Assembly (NCBI GenBank): GCA_963713825.1
Contig: CAVQNG010000025.1
Span: 192,001 to 256,000, forward strand
Length of the DNA: 64,000 bases
DNA from: an uncultured Acidobacteriota bacterium
GTDB taxonomy: Bacteria > Acidobacteriota > Thermoanaerobaculia > Multivoradales > JAHEKO01
Direction of reading: 5' to 3'
A program made the translations under genes and the position numbers. Below the pieces are notes generated by a model. The model saw only the letters and a program-made list of their open reading frames with translations, made no database searches and had not been told where the DNA came from. Positions 38,854 to 49,181 of the stretch are shown here, one piece after another. The first letter of the stretch is position 1. Every line of letters starts with the position of its first letter.

Positions 38854-39927
38854 ATGATGCGACGACGAAGGCTTCGAGCCGATTGGGTGGGTGTGATGGC
38901 CTGTGTCACGGCTGCTGCTATCGGCTGTTCGCCCGCTGTCGATGAGCCCAGTGTCGAGGCGGAAGCGGGGGAATTTTACGATCTGACAGGTGACTACCTG
39001 GGACAGGAGCTACCGGGCCAGACTCCCAAGCTCTTCGCACCGGGCATCGTCTCGACCGGACTGTCGGAGCGGGATGTGGCCATCACTCCCGACGGCAACG
39101 AGATCTACTACTCTGGCGTGGTTGGGGCCAATCACAATTTCAGTGCCATCCTCGTCGTGAAACGCGTCGAAGGTCGGTGGTCGAAGCCAGAAGTGGCCCC
39201 CTTTTCAGGCCACTTCATGGACCTCGAGCCGGCGATCTCACCGGACGGGCAGCGGTTCTTCTTCCTCTCGAATCGGCCTCTCCCGGGGTCGTCAGAGCCG
39301 CATGGCAGCGAAGACATTTGGGTCATGGAGCGCACCGACGGGGGCTGGAGTGAGCCATCGAATCTCGGCCCGCCAGTCAATTCGGCAGCCCCTGAGTTCT
39401 TTCCTTCAGTGACCCGGGATGGAACTCTCTATTTCACCCGTCGTGGCGAGGGCCGCAGCGAGACCATCTTCCGATCGCGCTTCGTGGACGGTGCCTATGC
39501 CGAGCCCGAGGAGCTGGGTCCGGAAGTGAACTCGGGACAAACCCAGTTCAACGCCTTCATCGCACCGGATGAGAGCTACTTGCTGGTCTGCGTCTGGGGT
39601 CGTGACGACAGCCTCGGCGGGGTCGATTACTACGTCGTCTTTCGGTCAGCTGACGATGTGTGGTCGGAGCCCATCAATCTGGGCGAAGGGATCAATATGG
39701 CCGAGGGCTCGGAGTGGTCTCCATCGGTGTCACCCGATGGCAGGTACCTCTTCTTCATGTCGTCACGCGCCACGATCCAGAAGGGGCACTCGCCCGATAG
39801 GCTCGACTACGCGGACATGCAGCGTTTGCACGATTTGCCGATGAACGGAAACTCCGATATCTGGTGGGTGGATGCCGAGGTGATCAGCAGACTGAGGCCG
39901 GAAGAGACTGGTGAAGCTGCTCCTTGA
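38854..39927 (+). CDS. PD40/TolB-like beta-propeller lipoprotein
   Basis: AAAIGC lipobox; YLGQELPG.TPKLFAPGIVST; repeated PAISPDG, SVSPDG, WSEP.NLG motifs. Confidence 0.82.
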   Translation: MMRRRRLRADWVGVMACVTAAAIGCSPAVDEPSVEAEAGEFYDLTGDYLGQELPGQTPKLFAPGIVSTGLSERDVAITPDGNEIYYSGVVGANHNFSAILVVKRVEGRWSKPEVAPFSGHFMDLEPAISPDGQRFFFLSNRPLPGSSEPHGSEDIWVMERTDGGWSEPSNLGPPVNSAAPEFFPSVTRDGTLYFTRRGEGRSETIFRSRFVDGAYAEPEELGPEVNSGQTQFNAFIAPDESYLLVCVWGRDDSLGGVDYYVVFRSADDVWSEPINLGEGINMAEGSEWSPSVSPDGRYLFFMSSRATIQKGHSPDRLDYADMQRLHDLPMNGNSDIWWVDAEVISRLRPEETGEAAP

Positions 39928-39939
39928 GGTGAGACGGAC

Positions 39940-42408
39940 ATGATCGGCAACACGATCGCTCATTACCGGATTCTCGAGTTGATCGGGAAGGGAGGAATGG
40001 GAGAGGTCTATCTGGCCGAGGATCTGGAGCTGGGGCGACAGATCGCGTTGAAGATGCTGCCGCCCCAGCTGGTGAACGAGCCTGACCGATTGGAGCGCTT
40101 CCGACGCGAGGCCAAGACTCTGGCCGCCCTCAACCACCCCAACATCGTCACCATCCACTCCGTGGAAACCGTCGATCTCGAAGCTCCAGGACCCAAGCCC
40201 CAGGACCCAGGGCAAGAAGGCCAGGCGCCGCCGGGCTCTTCGCCCCTTCATTTCCTCACCATGGAGCTCGTGGACGGCAGGACACTTGCGGACTCGATTC
40301 CTCCTGGCGGGCTTGCTGCGGAGAGAATCCTCGAACTGAGTGTCCCACTCGCCGATGCCTTGGCCAGGGCGCATGCGACTGGAATCGTCCACCGGGATCT
40401 GAAACCGGGCAACGTCATGGTGACCTCCGATGGTCGAGTCAAGGTCCTCGATTTTGGCTTGGCGAAGCTGCGAGGCGTTTCGTTGGCCGACGGGGAGACC
40501 CAGTTGGCTACAGAGGGGATCACAGGGGAGGGGCGAGTCCTCGGGACTGTTCCTTATATGTCTCCGGAGCAGGTCGTCGGCAGGGGGGTGGATCCGCGAT
40601 CCGACGTCTTCTCTCTGGGTGTGATGCTGTTCGAGATGGCGACTGGCAAGAGACCGTTTCGGGGCGAATCCTCGCCAGATCTGATCTCCTCGATCTTGCG
40701 GGATACGCCCAAGCGCGTCGATCTCCTGAACGAAGACCTGCCGCATCATCTGGCGCGGGTGATCGGACGCTGTCTCGAGAAGGATCCCGAGAGGCGCTAC
40801 CAGTCGGCGATCGACGTGCGCAACGAGCTGTCAGATCTCGCCCGGGAGCTCGATACGAAAGCGGTGCTCGAGGAGCACGCTGTTCCTGTGACGGTCACGG
40901 AACGGCCCTCGATACAGGGCTGGTTGCTGGGAATCGCGGCGATCGTCGCCATGATCCTGGTGGCTTCGGTCGCGGCCTATAAATTGGTCAAAACCCGTCG
41001 TCCCGGTTCGATCGCGAGTCAGACCACCGCGATTCGGTCGCTAGCTGTGCTGCCTTTCGACAATCTGATGAACGATCCGGAGCAGGACTACTTAGTCGAC
41101 GGGATGCACGAGGCTTTGATTACTGATCTGGCGAAGATCTCGGACCTGAAAGTAATCTCCCGAACGTCAGCAATGCGTTACAAGGGGTCGGACAAGACCC
41201 TGCCGGAGATCGCTCGCGAGCTGGGAGTCGAGGCACTGGTCGAAGGCTCGGTCCTGCGGGCCGAGGGCCAGGTGCGCATCACGGCTCAGCTCATCGATGG
41301 CGCCAGCGACGAGCACCTGTGGGCCGAGAGCTACGACCGTGATTTGGCGAACCTCCTCGCTCTTCTGAGCGACGTGGCCCGTGCCATCGCCACGGAGATC
41401 GAGGTCGAGCTGACCCAGGAGCAGGAAAGGCTGCTGACCTCGAAGACGGCGGTGAATCCAGAGGTGCAAGAGCTCTACCTGAAAGGCCGCTCGCTGCTGA
41501 GTCGGTTCGAGATGAAGCACATCCCCGAGGCGAGGCGGTTCTTCGAGCAGGTGCTGGCGATTGACCCCGATTTTGCTCCTGCGATCTCAGGTCTGGCGAG
41601 CTGCGATTTCTTGCTTGGATTCTTCGGGAGACTGCCTTTCGAGGCAGCGATGCCGGCAGCCGAAAAGGGGTTCCGGAGGGCTCTGGAGCTCGATCCCGAC
41701 CTGAGCCAAGCCCGGTCACTTCTCGGCTGGGTGAAGATGTTCTACCACTGGGACATCGCAGGAGGCGTCGAAGAGTTCGATCGGGCCCTGAGAATCGACC
41801 CCAATGATCCGATCGCCAGACACGGGATGGCCGACTACTACATGATTCTCGGAGATCGCGAGCGGTCCGTGGAGGAGGTGATGGCGGCTCGCAGGGTCGA
41901 CCCACTTTCTCGCGTTACGGTGATTCCAGTGATCGGTCACTTGATGATGGCTCGTCGCTACGAAGAGGCGCTCGACGAGACCCGCCAATGGATGGAGCTC
42001 TTCCCCGACGACAAAGGGGTGATTCTCACTTGGCTACCGATGATTCTCAAGCTGCAAGGTCGTTATGAAGAAGCCCTCGAGGAGGAGCGCAGCCTCTACC
42101 CTCCCGACTCCGGTTACCTCAAGGCTGTGGAACAGGGGTTCGAGGATGGGGGACCACGAGGCGCTGATCGGGCTGCGGGAGACTATCTGGCCAGCCGGTC
42201 ATCGCCATCGCCGATTCTGGTCGCGAGGACCTACGCTGCTGCTGGGGAGGTCGATCTGGCGTTCGAATGGCTAGATCGGGCATACGCGGTACGGGAACCT
42301 CAGCTTCTGCACGTAGTCGCCTATCCGCAATTCGACGCGATTCGCTCCGACCCGCGGTACGAGGAGCTGTTACGACGGATCGGCATCTTCCAAGAGCCAG
42401 AGGCATGA
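39940..42408 (+). CDS. Hanks-type Ser/Thr kinase with TM helix and TolB_N-TPR sensor region
   Basis: IGKGGMGEVY, IALKML, HRDLKPGN, DFGLAK, YMSPE; TM WLLGIAAIVAMILVASVAAY; SLAVLPFDNL; TPRs. Confidence 0.92.
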   Translation: MIGNTIAHYRILELIGKGGMGEVYLAEDLELGRQIALKMLPPQLVNEPDRLERFRREAKTLAALNHPNIVTIHSVETVDLEAPGPKPQDPGQEGQAPPGSSPLHFLTMELVDGRTLADSIPPGGLAAERILELSVPLADALARAHATGIVHRDLKPGNVMVTSDGRVKVLDFGLAKLRGVSLADGETQLATEGITGEGRVLGTVPYMSPEQVVGRGVDPRSDVFSLGVMLFEMATGKRPFRGESSPDLISSILRDTPKRVDLLNEDLPHHLARVIGRCLEKDPERRYQSAIDVRNELSDLARELDTKAVLEEHAVPVTVTERPSIQGWLLGIAAIVAMILVASVAAYKLVKTRRPGSIASQTTAIRSLAVLPFDNLMNDPEQDYLVDGMHEALITDLAKISDLKVISRTSAMRYKGSDKTLPEIARELGVEALVEGSVLRAEGQVRITAQLIDGASDEHLWAESYDRDLANLLALLSDVARAIATEIEVELTQEQERLLTSKTAVNPEVQELYLKGRSLLSRFEMKHIPEARRFFEQVLAIDPDFAPAISGLASCDFLLGFFGRLPFEAAMPAAEKGFRRALELDPDLSQARSLLGWVKMFYHWDIAGGVEEFDRALRIDPNDPIARHGMADYYMILGDRERSVEEVMAARRVDPLSRVTVIPVIGHLMMARRYEEALDETRQWMELFPDDKGVILTWLPMILKLQGRYEEALEEERSLYPPDSGYLKAVEQGFEDGGPRGADRAAGDYLASRSSPSPILVARTYAAAGEVDLAFEWLDRAYAVREPQLLHVVAYPQFDAIRSDPRYEELLRRIGIFQEPEA
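40186..40227 (+). repeat. Degenerate in-frame heptamer tandem repeat (CCAGGNC-like) inside the kinase gene
   Basis: CCAGGAC CCAAGCC CCAGGAC CCAGGGC AAGAAGG CCAGGCG. Confidence 0.5.
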
Positions 42409-43328
42409 GTCACGAGATGAAGATCGGAGTCGTACTACTCGCCGTTCTGGTGGGATCGGTCGGCCTTCAGGGAGCCGGCGCGCAAACCGAATTGCAGGAG
42501 CTTCAGCTCGCACCAAGGGATCTCTCACAGCTTTCCGACCAGGAGATCGAGACCATCCTTCTCGAAGGGCGGGTTGTCGAGAGGGAGAATCTCGACGTCG
42601 GGGTGACCTTGCCGGAGCGTCTTTGGCTCGAGTACGAAGGCTACCGGATCAGCGCTGCTTTCAAGCATCTCGATTTCGAGCGCAAAGGGCTGACCCACTT
42701 CGAGAAGGCACCGCCCCAGCTCAACTTCAAGGACAGCTTTCGATACGAGCGGGCGGCGTACCTGTTGGACCGCCTTCTTGGTCTGCAGATGGTCCCGGTA
42801 ACGGTACTGCGGAACGTAAAGGCTCATAAAGGAGCCGTCGTGGCCTGGGTCGAGGACGCCATTACCGAGCAGGAGCGATTGCGTCTCAAGCTGGCGCCCG
42901 AGGACACCCGGCTTCTCATTCGGCAACGAGCGGCGATGCGGTTGTTCGACGCCCTGGTCTACAACATCGACAACAACCTCGGCAATCAGCTGTGGACGCG
43001 GCCGGATTGGCGCCTCCATCTAATCGACCATTCGCGCTCCTTTCGCCAACAGAGCAAGCTTCCCGAGAGCTTCGCGAACCGCCCGGTGAGCCTTGGCCCA
43101 GAGCTCTACGATGTCCTCAGGTCTCTCGAGGGGCCTCAGATCGAGGCGGCTCTCGGTGAGGTTCTGAGTCCGGGAGAGATCAAGACGCTGGTGGCGCGCC
43201 TCGAGCTGATTCTGGAGAAGATCGCGCACGATCGCCGAGACTATGGCGATCCGTTCGTGTTTCTGGGCAAAGGAGGAGCCTGGTGGGTGGCTTCCCGACC
43301 TATTCCGACCCGACTTGGTCTATATTGA
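42405..43328 (+). CDS. Secreted atypical kinase, PI4K-II/Fam20-like fold (paralog B)
   Basis: ATGA overlap with the Hanks kinase; signal peptide MKIGVVLLAVLVGSVGLQGAGA; AAFK, ERAAYLLDRLLGLQMVP, FDALVYNIDNNLGN, LIDHSRSF. Confidence 0.75.
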   Translation: MSHEMKIGVVLLAVLVGSVGLQGAGAQTELQELQLAPRDLSQLSDQEIETILLEGRVVERENLDVGVTLPERLWLEYEGYRISAAFKHLDFERKGLTHFEKAPPQLNFKDSFRYERAAYLLDRLLGLQMVPVTVLRNVKAHKGAVVAWVEDAITEQERLRLKLAPEDTRLLIRQRAAMRLFDALVYNIDNNLGNQLWTRPDWRLHLIDHSRSFRQQSKLPESFANRPVSLGPELYDVLRSLEGPQIEAALGEVLSPGEIKTLVARLELILEKIAHDRRDYGDPFVFLGKGGAWWVASRPIPTRLGLY

Positions 43329-43349
43329 GCAGACCATAGGAGGGTTTCG

Positions 43350-46226
43350 GTGACCGGGGAGGTACCCGCGGGGCGGGGCGGAGGGGCTGCAGAAGCCGGA
43401 TGGAGGCGATTTCTCAGGCGCCTGGGTGTGGATTTGCGCCCGGGTGAAGGCTCTCCCGCCGCTCTCCTCTTCGCATCACTATTCCTCCTGCTGACCTTCC
43501 AGATTGCCACCAAGACGATCCGGCAATCGACGTTTATCGATGCTCTGGGCGCCGCCCGGCTGCCGCTGGTCTACCTACTGGTAGCGCTCGTCTCCTATCC
43601 GGTCCTACGTCTCTACAATCGATTCGTCGATCGCTATCGCATCGACCAGCTGTTCGTCGCCTCCTGCCTTGGAATTGCCGGTGGCCTGGTCGTCTTCTGG
43701 GTCCTGATGCGCTACTCCTGGACCTGGGTGCCGGTCGTCTTCTACGTCGGATCCTCGATCGTCTACGGCATGCTGGCAAGTCAGTTCTGGCTGCTCGCCA
43801 CCCACCTCTTCGATCCGCGCCAGGCCAAGCGGCTTTTCGGTTTCATTGGTGCCGGTGCCTTGCTGGGTGGCGTTCTCGGTGGGCAGGTGGCACGCCTGGC
43901 TGGAAAGCTGGTGGGGACGAGCTCGGTTCTGCTGGTGGCTGCAGTCCTGCTGGTGGCCGTGGCGCTGCTCATGATGCGGGCGCGCTCTTCGGAGTCCATC
44001 GAGCTCAAGGCAGAGGAGTCCAAGTCATCCCGAGGCAAGTTCGAAAAGGCCAAGGGGGGATTCGAGGTCCTGAGACAGTCCCGCCCACTGCAGACAATTG
44101 CCGCGGTGGTGATCCTGACGATCATGGTGGCGCAAGTCGTAGACCTCCAGTTCAATTGGGCTGTGGAGCAAAGCACCACCACCTTGGACCAGAGGACCGC
44201 CTTCTACGGCAACTTCTTCAGCGTCATGGGCATCGCCGCCTTCGTGTTCCAGTTAGCTTTCACCTCCCGGATCCACCGTCGGTTGGGCATCTCCTTCGCG
44301 CTACGGGTCCTGCCGGTAACGATGGCCATCGGCACCGTGGCTCTCTTTGTGGCGGCTGGCTTCGTCCCGGAGATGTTGGTGGCGGCGGCACTCATCCTGA
44401 AAGTGGGTGAGAGCGGCCTGCGGTACTCCCTGGACCAGTCGACACGAGAGCTCCTCTTTCTGCCCGTGCCATCAAGGCTGCGGGTCAAGGCCAAGGCCTT
44501 TATCGACGTCTTCATTCAACGGGGAGCGAAGGGGCTCTCGGCGCTCCTCTTGCTGCCGGTGACATTCGGGCTGTTCACCCCAGTCCAGGCCGGTTGGATA
44601 TCTCTCGTTCTCATCGCCATCTGGTTCGGTGTGACGGCGATTGCCTCGCGTGAGTACGTGCGGGCGTTCCGAGTCGGCCTCAAGAAGCGGACGGTAGACG
44701 CTTCCGTCGCGGTGGACCTGTCGGATGTGACTACCCTGGAGCTCTTATTGGAATCCCTTGGCAGCTCCGACAGGAGGCAGGTCCTTCACTGTCTGGACAT
44801 TCTGGTGGCCAATGGGCGCGGTGACCTGGTACCGCCACTGTTGCTGTACCACGACGAGCCCGAGGTGCGATTGCGGACGCTGGGCATCCTGGCCGAGCTC
44901 GGGCGCGTCGATGTCGCTCCTTTGATCGAGAGGCGATTGGGAGACACCGACCCCGAGGTGCGCGCCGAAGCCATCAGGGTGCTGGCGAGCCTCCAGGGCA
45001 AGGACGTCTGCGAGTTGATGCTCCCGAAACTGGAGGAGGGAGACCCGGGAGTGCGCGCCGCAGCCGTCGCCTGCCTGGCGAACTATGGCGACGAGTCGAT
45101 GACCGCAGATGCCACACGTGTGCTGCGAGGTCTCCTGGCGGAAGCCGACCCCAGACTGCGCATCGAGGCGGTCAAAGCCATCGGCGCTGTGCACGAGCCG
45201 CTCTTCCAGGAGCGCTTGATCCACTCGCTCTACGATCCCGACGTGGGGGTCGTAAAGGAGGCTGTCGCAGCGACACGCAGGCGAGTCGCCAGGGACGGCT
45301 TCAACCCACTCTACGTTTCAACTCTGATCGCGCTGCTGCAGAATCGTCGGGTCAGACACGAGACTCGGGAAGCGCTGGTGGCCTTTGGTGAGGCGACAAT
45401 TCCGATCCTGGTCCACTTCATGAATGATCCCGATGAGCCTTTGTGGGTGAAGCGGGCCTTGCCCAAGGCCCTCGCACAGATCGGCACTCTGGCCGCGGCC
45501 CAGGCGCTGCTGGACGGGTTGAAGCATGGTAGCGACAGCTTTCTGAGGCGAAAGCAGGTCGAAGCCCTCAACTGGATGCTCGATCACGGCCATCGCCATG
45601 CGCTGGATCGGTCCGCGGTACGACAGCAGATCACCGAAGAGGCAAGGCGATTCTTGCGCCGCCTGGCAGCGCTGCGAGGCTTGGGGTTGCAATCGAAGGG
45701 GGATCTGTCCGGTGCGGTCATCGTATGGAGTGAGGAGCGGGTCCCGACGCTTCTGGATCGATTGCTGGCCGAACGAGCGGCCAGCAATGTCAAGAACCTG
45801 TTCGGTCTCCTGGCGCTGTTGTATCCGCCGGAGCACATCTGGGCTGCCCATCGGAGTCTCACGAGTGGCGACCGACTTCACAGGTCTCGCGCACTGGAGT
45901 TCTTGGACAATACCCTGGATGGTGAGCTTAGCCGCGCGGTCTTTGCCGTCATCGACGATTGTCCCCTGAGTGAGAAGCTGACACGGGCCGCCAAGCTGTA
46001 CGACATACGGGTCCGATCCAGGGTCGAGACGCTGCGGAGCCTACTCGAGGCCTATCTGGGAGGCGAGCCCGACTCGGGTGGAATCGCGGCCGCCGCGCTC
46101 TATGAGATTCGAGTCGAGAGCATCTCCGGCCTGGAGGCCGAGATCGAGCGACTCGTAGCCGGTGCCGAGGACCCGTTTGTCGGAGAGACGGCCACATGGG
46201 TGGCCGAGCGGGTCGCTCGAGTCTAG
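43350..46226 (+). CDS. NTT/TLC (Npt1/Npt2) family nucleotide translocase fused to HEAT repeats, copy 1
   Basis: About 12 hydrophobic helices; SQFWLLATHLFDPRQAKRLFGFIGAG and LRYSLDQSTRELLFLPVP..LRVKAKAFIDVFIQRGAK NTT signatures; HEAT repeats DPEVRAEAIRVL, DPGVRAAAVACL, DPRLRIEAVKAIG. Confidence 0.85.
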   Translation: MTGEVPAGRGGGAAEAGWRRFLRRLGVDLRPGEGSPAALLFASLFLLLTFQIATKTIRQSTFIDALGAARLPLVYLLVALVSYPVLRLYNRFVDRYRIDQLFVASCLGIAGGLVVFWVLMRYSWTWVPVVFYVGSSIVYGMLASQFWLLATHLFDPRQAKRLFGFIGAGALLGGVLGGQVARLAGKLVGTSSVLLVAAVLLVAVALLMMRARSSESIELKAEESKSSRGKFEKAKGGFEVLRQSRPLQTIAAVVILTIMVAQVVDLQFNWAVEQSTTTLDQRTAFYGNFFSVMGIAAFVFQLAFTSRIHRRLGISFALRVLPVTMAIGTVALFVAAGFVPEMLVAAALILKVGESGLRYSLDQSTRELLFLPVPSRLRVKAKAFIDVFIQRGAKGLSALLLLPVTFGLFTPVQAGWISLVLIAIWFGVTAIASREYVRAFRVGLKKRTVDASVAVDLSDVTTLELLLESLGSSDRRQVLHCLDILVANGRGDLVPPLLLYHDEPEVRLRTLGILAELGRVDVAPLIERRLGDTDPEVRAEAIRVLASLQGKDVCELMLPKLEEGDPGVRAAAVACLANYGDESMTADATRVLRGLLAEADPRLRIEAVKAIGAVHEPLFQERLIHSLYDPDVGVVKEAVAATRRRVARDGFNPLYVSTLIALLQNRRVRHETREALVAFGEATIPILVHFMNDPDEPLWVKRALPKALAQIGTLAAAQALLDGLKHGSDSFLRRKQVEALNWMLDHGHRHALDRSAVRQQITEEARRFLRRLAALRGLGLQSKGDLSGAVIVWSEERVPTLLDRLLAERAASNVKNLFGLLALLYPPEHIWAAHRSLTSGDRLHRSRALEFLDNTLDGELSRAVFAVIDDCPLSEKLTRAAKLYDIRVRSRVETLRSLLEAYLGGEPDSGGIAAAALYEIRVESISGLEAEIERLVAGAEDPFVGETATWVAERVARV

Positions 46227-46280
46227 ATTCGAGCCAGGGATGACCTATAATCCTAGGGCCATTCTGCGCAGGAGGAACGG

Positions 46281-49160
46281 ATGAGTCCAGACGTGCCTGG
46301 AACAGCTGAGGCTACACAAGAGACGTCTCTCTGGCGACGTCTGACCAGCCGTCTGGGGATCGACATGCGGCAGGGCGAAGGTTGGCCCGCTGTCCTGCTT
46401 TTCATCACCTTCTTTCTCTTCATCACCTTTCAATACGCCACCAAGAGCGTTCGGCAGTCGTCCTATATCAAGGGGTTGGGGGCGGCCAACTTGCCCTGGG
46501 TCTATCTGGCGGTGGCGATCTGCTCGTATCCGTTGCTTCGACTGTACGGGCGGTTTGCTGATCGGATCAAGCGCCACCATTTGATGGCGGCCACTTGCAC
46601 CATCATTGCCCTCAGCATGGTGGTCTTTTGGTGGCTGTTCCAGTTCAACTGGGCATGGATTCCATTTGCTCTCTACGTCTGGATCTCGATCGCCTATGTC
46701 ATGAACGTCAGCCAGTTCTGGTCGTTCTCGAACCATGTCTTCGATCCCCGTCAGGCCAAGCGCCTGTTCGGCTTCATCGGAGCTGGGGGACTGCTGGGCG
46801 GCATTGCGGGCGGTCAGGTGGCCCGCCTGGTCAGCTATCTGGTCGACACCCGGACCACGTTTCTGGTGGCGGCCGTCATTCTCATGCTGGCTGTTGCGAT
46901 CATCTTCCTGATTCAGAAGCGAAGCCCTGCAGAATCGGATGCGGTGGCTGGCGCTGCGGGCCTGGCCAAGCTCGACAAGGCCAAAGGCGGCTTCGAGATC
47001 ATCAAGGGCTCGCGTCAACTGCAGGTCATCGCGGCAATCATGGTGCTGAGTGTCGTGGTAGCTCAGATCGTGGATTTGCAGTTCAACTGGGCAGTCGAGA
47101 GTGCAACGACCGACCTGGAGAACGCCACGCGGTTCTTCGGCAACTTCTACAGCATCATGGGGATCGCAGCCTTTCTGTTCCAGCTGGCCTTTACGGCTCG
47201 CATTCACCGGGTCCTGGGTGTCGGGGTAGCGATGAGGATTCTGCCAGTCACCTTGGCTTTCGGCACGGCGGCGCTTTTCGTTTCGGCAGGGTTCTTCCCG
47301 GCGCTCCTTCTGGTGACGGCTCTGTTCCTGAAGGTCGGTGAGAACGGAGTGCGCTATTCGCTCGAGCAGGCGACCCGCGAGCTTCTGTTCCTGCCTGTGC
47401 CCTCGCAAGCCCGCGTCAAGGCGAAGGCCTTTATCGACGTCTTCGTGCAACGCGGCGCCAAAGGCATGGCGGCCCTCCTCCTTCTTCCTGTGACATTCGG
47501 CTTGATCACCGCAGTTCAGGCTGGCTGGATCTCATTGGTTCTCATCGCGCTCTGGTTGGGCGTAACCTTCATTGCCTACAAGGAGTACGTGCACTCGTTT
47601 CGGCGCGTTCTCAAGACGCGAAGTGTCGATGCGGAGATTCCTATCGACATCACCGACGTCACGACCCTGGAGATGCTCGTGCAGGCTCTGGGGAGCTCGG
47701 ATGCTCGCCAGGTGATGCAGAGCCTCGACATCCTGGCCTCCAACGGTCGAGAGAACCTCGTCTCTCCGCTGCTGCTCTACCATGATGATGCCGAGGTGAG
47801 GCAGCACACCCTCGAAATCCTGGCCAAGTCGGGGCGAGTCGATGCCTTGCCCCTGATCGAGGGGCGCTTGGCGGATCAGAACCCGGAAGTCAGGGCCGCG
47901 GCGATCGAGACGATGGCCAAGCTGCATGGCGAAGATGCGTGCGAGCTGATGCTGCCACGGCTCAGAGAGAGTGACGCTGGGGTGCGGGCTGCGGCAGTGG
48001 CCTGCCTGGCCAACTATGGAACAGAGTCGATGCTGGGCGAGGCCACACGCTCGCTGGGTGATCTCTTGTCCGATGCCGATCCCGAGATCCGAGCCGAGGC
48101 AGCGAAGGCCCTCGGAGCCATTCACGAGCCCCGATTTCAGGAGCTTCTCATTCGCTTGCTCTACGATCGAGAGCCGCTGATCGCTCGCGAAGCGATCTCG
48201 GCCATCCGTCGCAGGGTGGCGCGAGACGGCTACAACCCGATCTACGTGCCGACCCTGGTGTCGCTGTTGAACAGCCGTCGGGTCAAGCACGACGCGAGGG
48301 AGGCTCTCGTTGCTTTCGGCGAGCCGGCGATTCCGGCTCTGGCCCACTTCATGGGGGATGGCGATGAGCAGTTGTGGGTGCGACGGGCTCTGCCGATGAC
48401 CATCGCCAAGATCGGCACGCTGGCCGCCGCCGAGAAGCTCCTGGATCAGCTGACCCAATCGGCAGATTCCTTTCAGCGCCGCAAATTGATCGAGTCGGTC
48501 GGAGCCCTACCTGATGACATTCGGCATACGGCCGACTCGAAGACCATCGATCAGCAGATTCACTTCGAGGCCGGGCGCTATCTTCAGGCTCTCGCCGATC
48601 TGCGAGCCCTAGGGGCAATCGAGAAGAGCAGGCTCGAGGGTGGCTGTGTCACCTGGCGTGAGGATGCTCAGGAGCCCAACCTGGTAGAGCGGCTTCTCGG
48701 GGAGCGCGCCGAAGAGCACCTGCGCAACATCTTCGGCCTGATGGCGGCTCTCCTTCCACCCCGCGACGTCTGGGCTGCCCATCGCAGCTTGACGGGTGGC
48801 GCCTCCGGTTTGCGAAGCCACGCACTGGAGTACCTGGACAACACGCTGTCGGGCGACTTGCGGCGAAGCGTGTTCGCGGTCATCGATGATCAACCTCTCG
48901 ACGAGAAGCTCAGCGCCGCTGCGAAGCACTTTGGCGTGACGAGCACGACAAAGGTCGCGGTATTGGACAGGATGCTGGTCGAACCAGAGGATGGAGACTC
49001 CGAGGAGTACCATCTCACGCTGGCGGCTCTCTATGCCGTGCACGAAGGAAGAATCGCCGAGCTATACGATCGAGTTCGGTCGCTGGTGCAGAACGCCACG
49101 GACCCGTTCGTCGGTGAAACGGCCCGTTGGGTCGCGGTGCGAGAGGGAATCTCCACGTAG
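46281..49160 (+). CDS. NTT/TLC family nucleotide translocase fused to HEAT repeats, copy 2 (tandem paralog)
   Basis: AGGAGG RBS; SQFWSFSNHVFDPRQAKRLFGFIGAG, VRYSLEQATRELLFLPVP..ARVKAKAFIDVFVQRGAK; HEAT repeats; colinear with copy 1. Confidence 0.85.
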   Translation: MSPDVPGTAEATQETSLWRRLTSRLGIDMRQGEGWPAVLLFITFFLFITFQYATKSVRQSSYIKGLGAANLPWVYLAVAICSYPLLRLYGRFADRIKRHHLMAATCTIIALSMVVFWWLFQFNWAWIPFALYVWISIAYVMNVSQFWSFSNHVFDPRQAKRLFGFIGAGGLLGGIAGGQVARLVSYLVDTRTTFLVAAVILMLAVAIIFLIQKRSPAESDAVAGAAGLAKLDKAKGGFEIIKGSRQLQVIAAIMVLSVVVAQIVDLQFNWAVESATTDLENATRFFGNFYSIMGIAAFLFQLAFTARIHRVLGVGVAMRILPVTLAFGTAALFVSAGFFPALLLVTALFLKVGENGVRYSLEQATRELLFLPVPSQARVKAKAFIDVFVQRGAKGMAALLLLPVTFGLITAVQAGWISLVLIALWLGVTFIAYKEYVHSFRRVLKTRSVDAEIPIDITDVTTLEMLVQALGSSDARQVMQSLDILASNGRENLVSPLLLYHDDAEVRQHTLEILAKSGRVDALPLIEGRLADQNPEVRAAAIETMAKLHGEDACELMLPRLRESDAGVRAAAVACLANYGTESMLGEATRSLGDLLSDADPEIRAEAAKALGAIHEPRFQELLIRLLYDREPLIAREAISAIRRRVARDGYNPIYVPTLVSLLNSRRVKHDAREALVAFGEPAIPALAHFMGDGDEQLWVRRALPMTIAKIGTLAAAEKLLDQLTQSADSFQRRKLIESVGALPDDIRHTADSKTIDQQIHFEAGRYLQALADLRALGAIEKSRLEGGCVTWREDAQEPNLVERLLGERAEEHLRNIFGLMAALLPPRDVWAAHRSLTGGASGLRSHALEYLDNTLSGDLRRSVFAVIDDQPLDEKLSAAAKHFGVTSTTKVAVLDRMLVEPEDGDSEEYHLTLAALYAVHEGRIAELYDRVRSLVQNATDPFVGETARWVAVREGIST

Positions 49161-49181
49161 AAAGTTGGAGGAGGGAAACCT

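Noticed and set aside
43350-49160. NTT genes as evidence of an intracellular energy parasite
   Set aside because: These are HEAT-fused NTTs in a GC-rich, biosynthetically rich, paralog-expanded genome, unlike reduced parasites with stand-alone NTTs.
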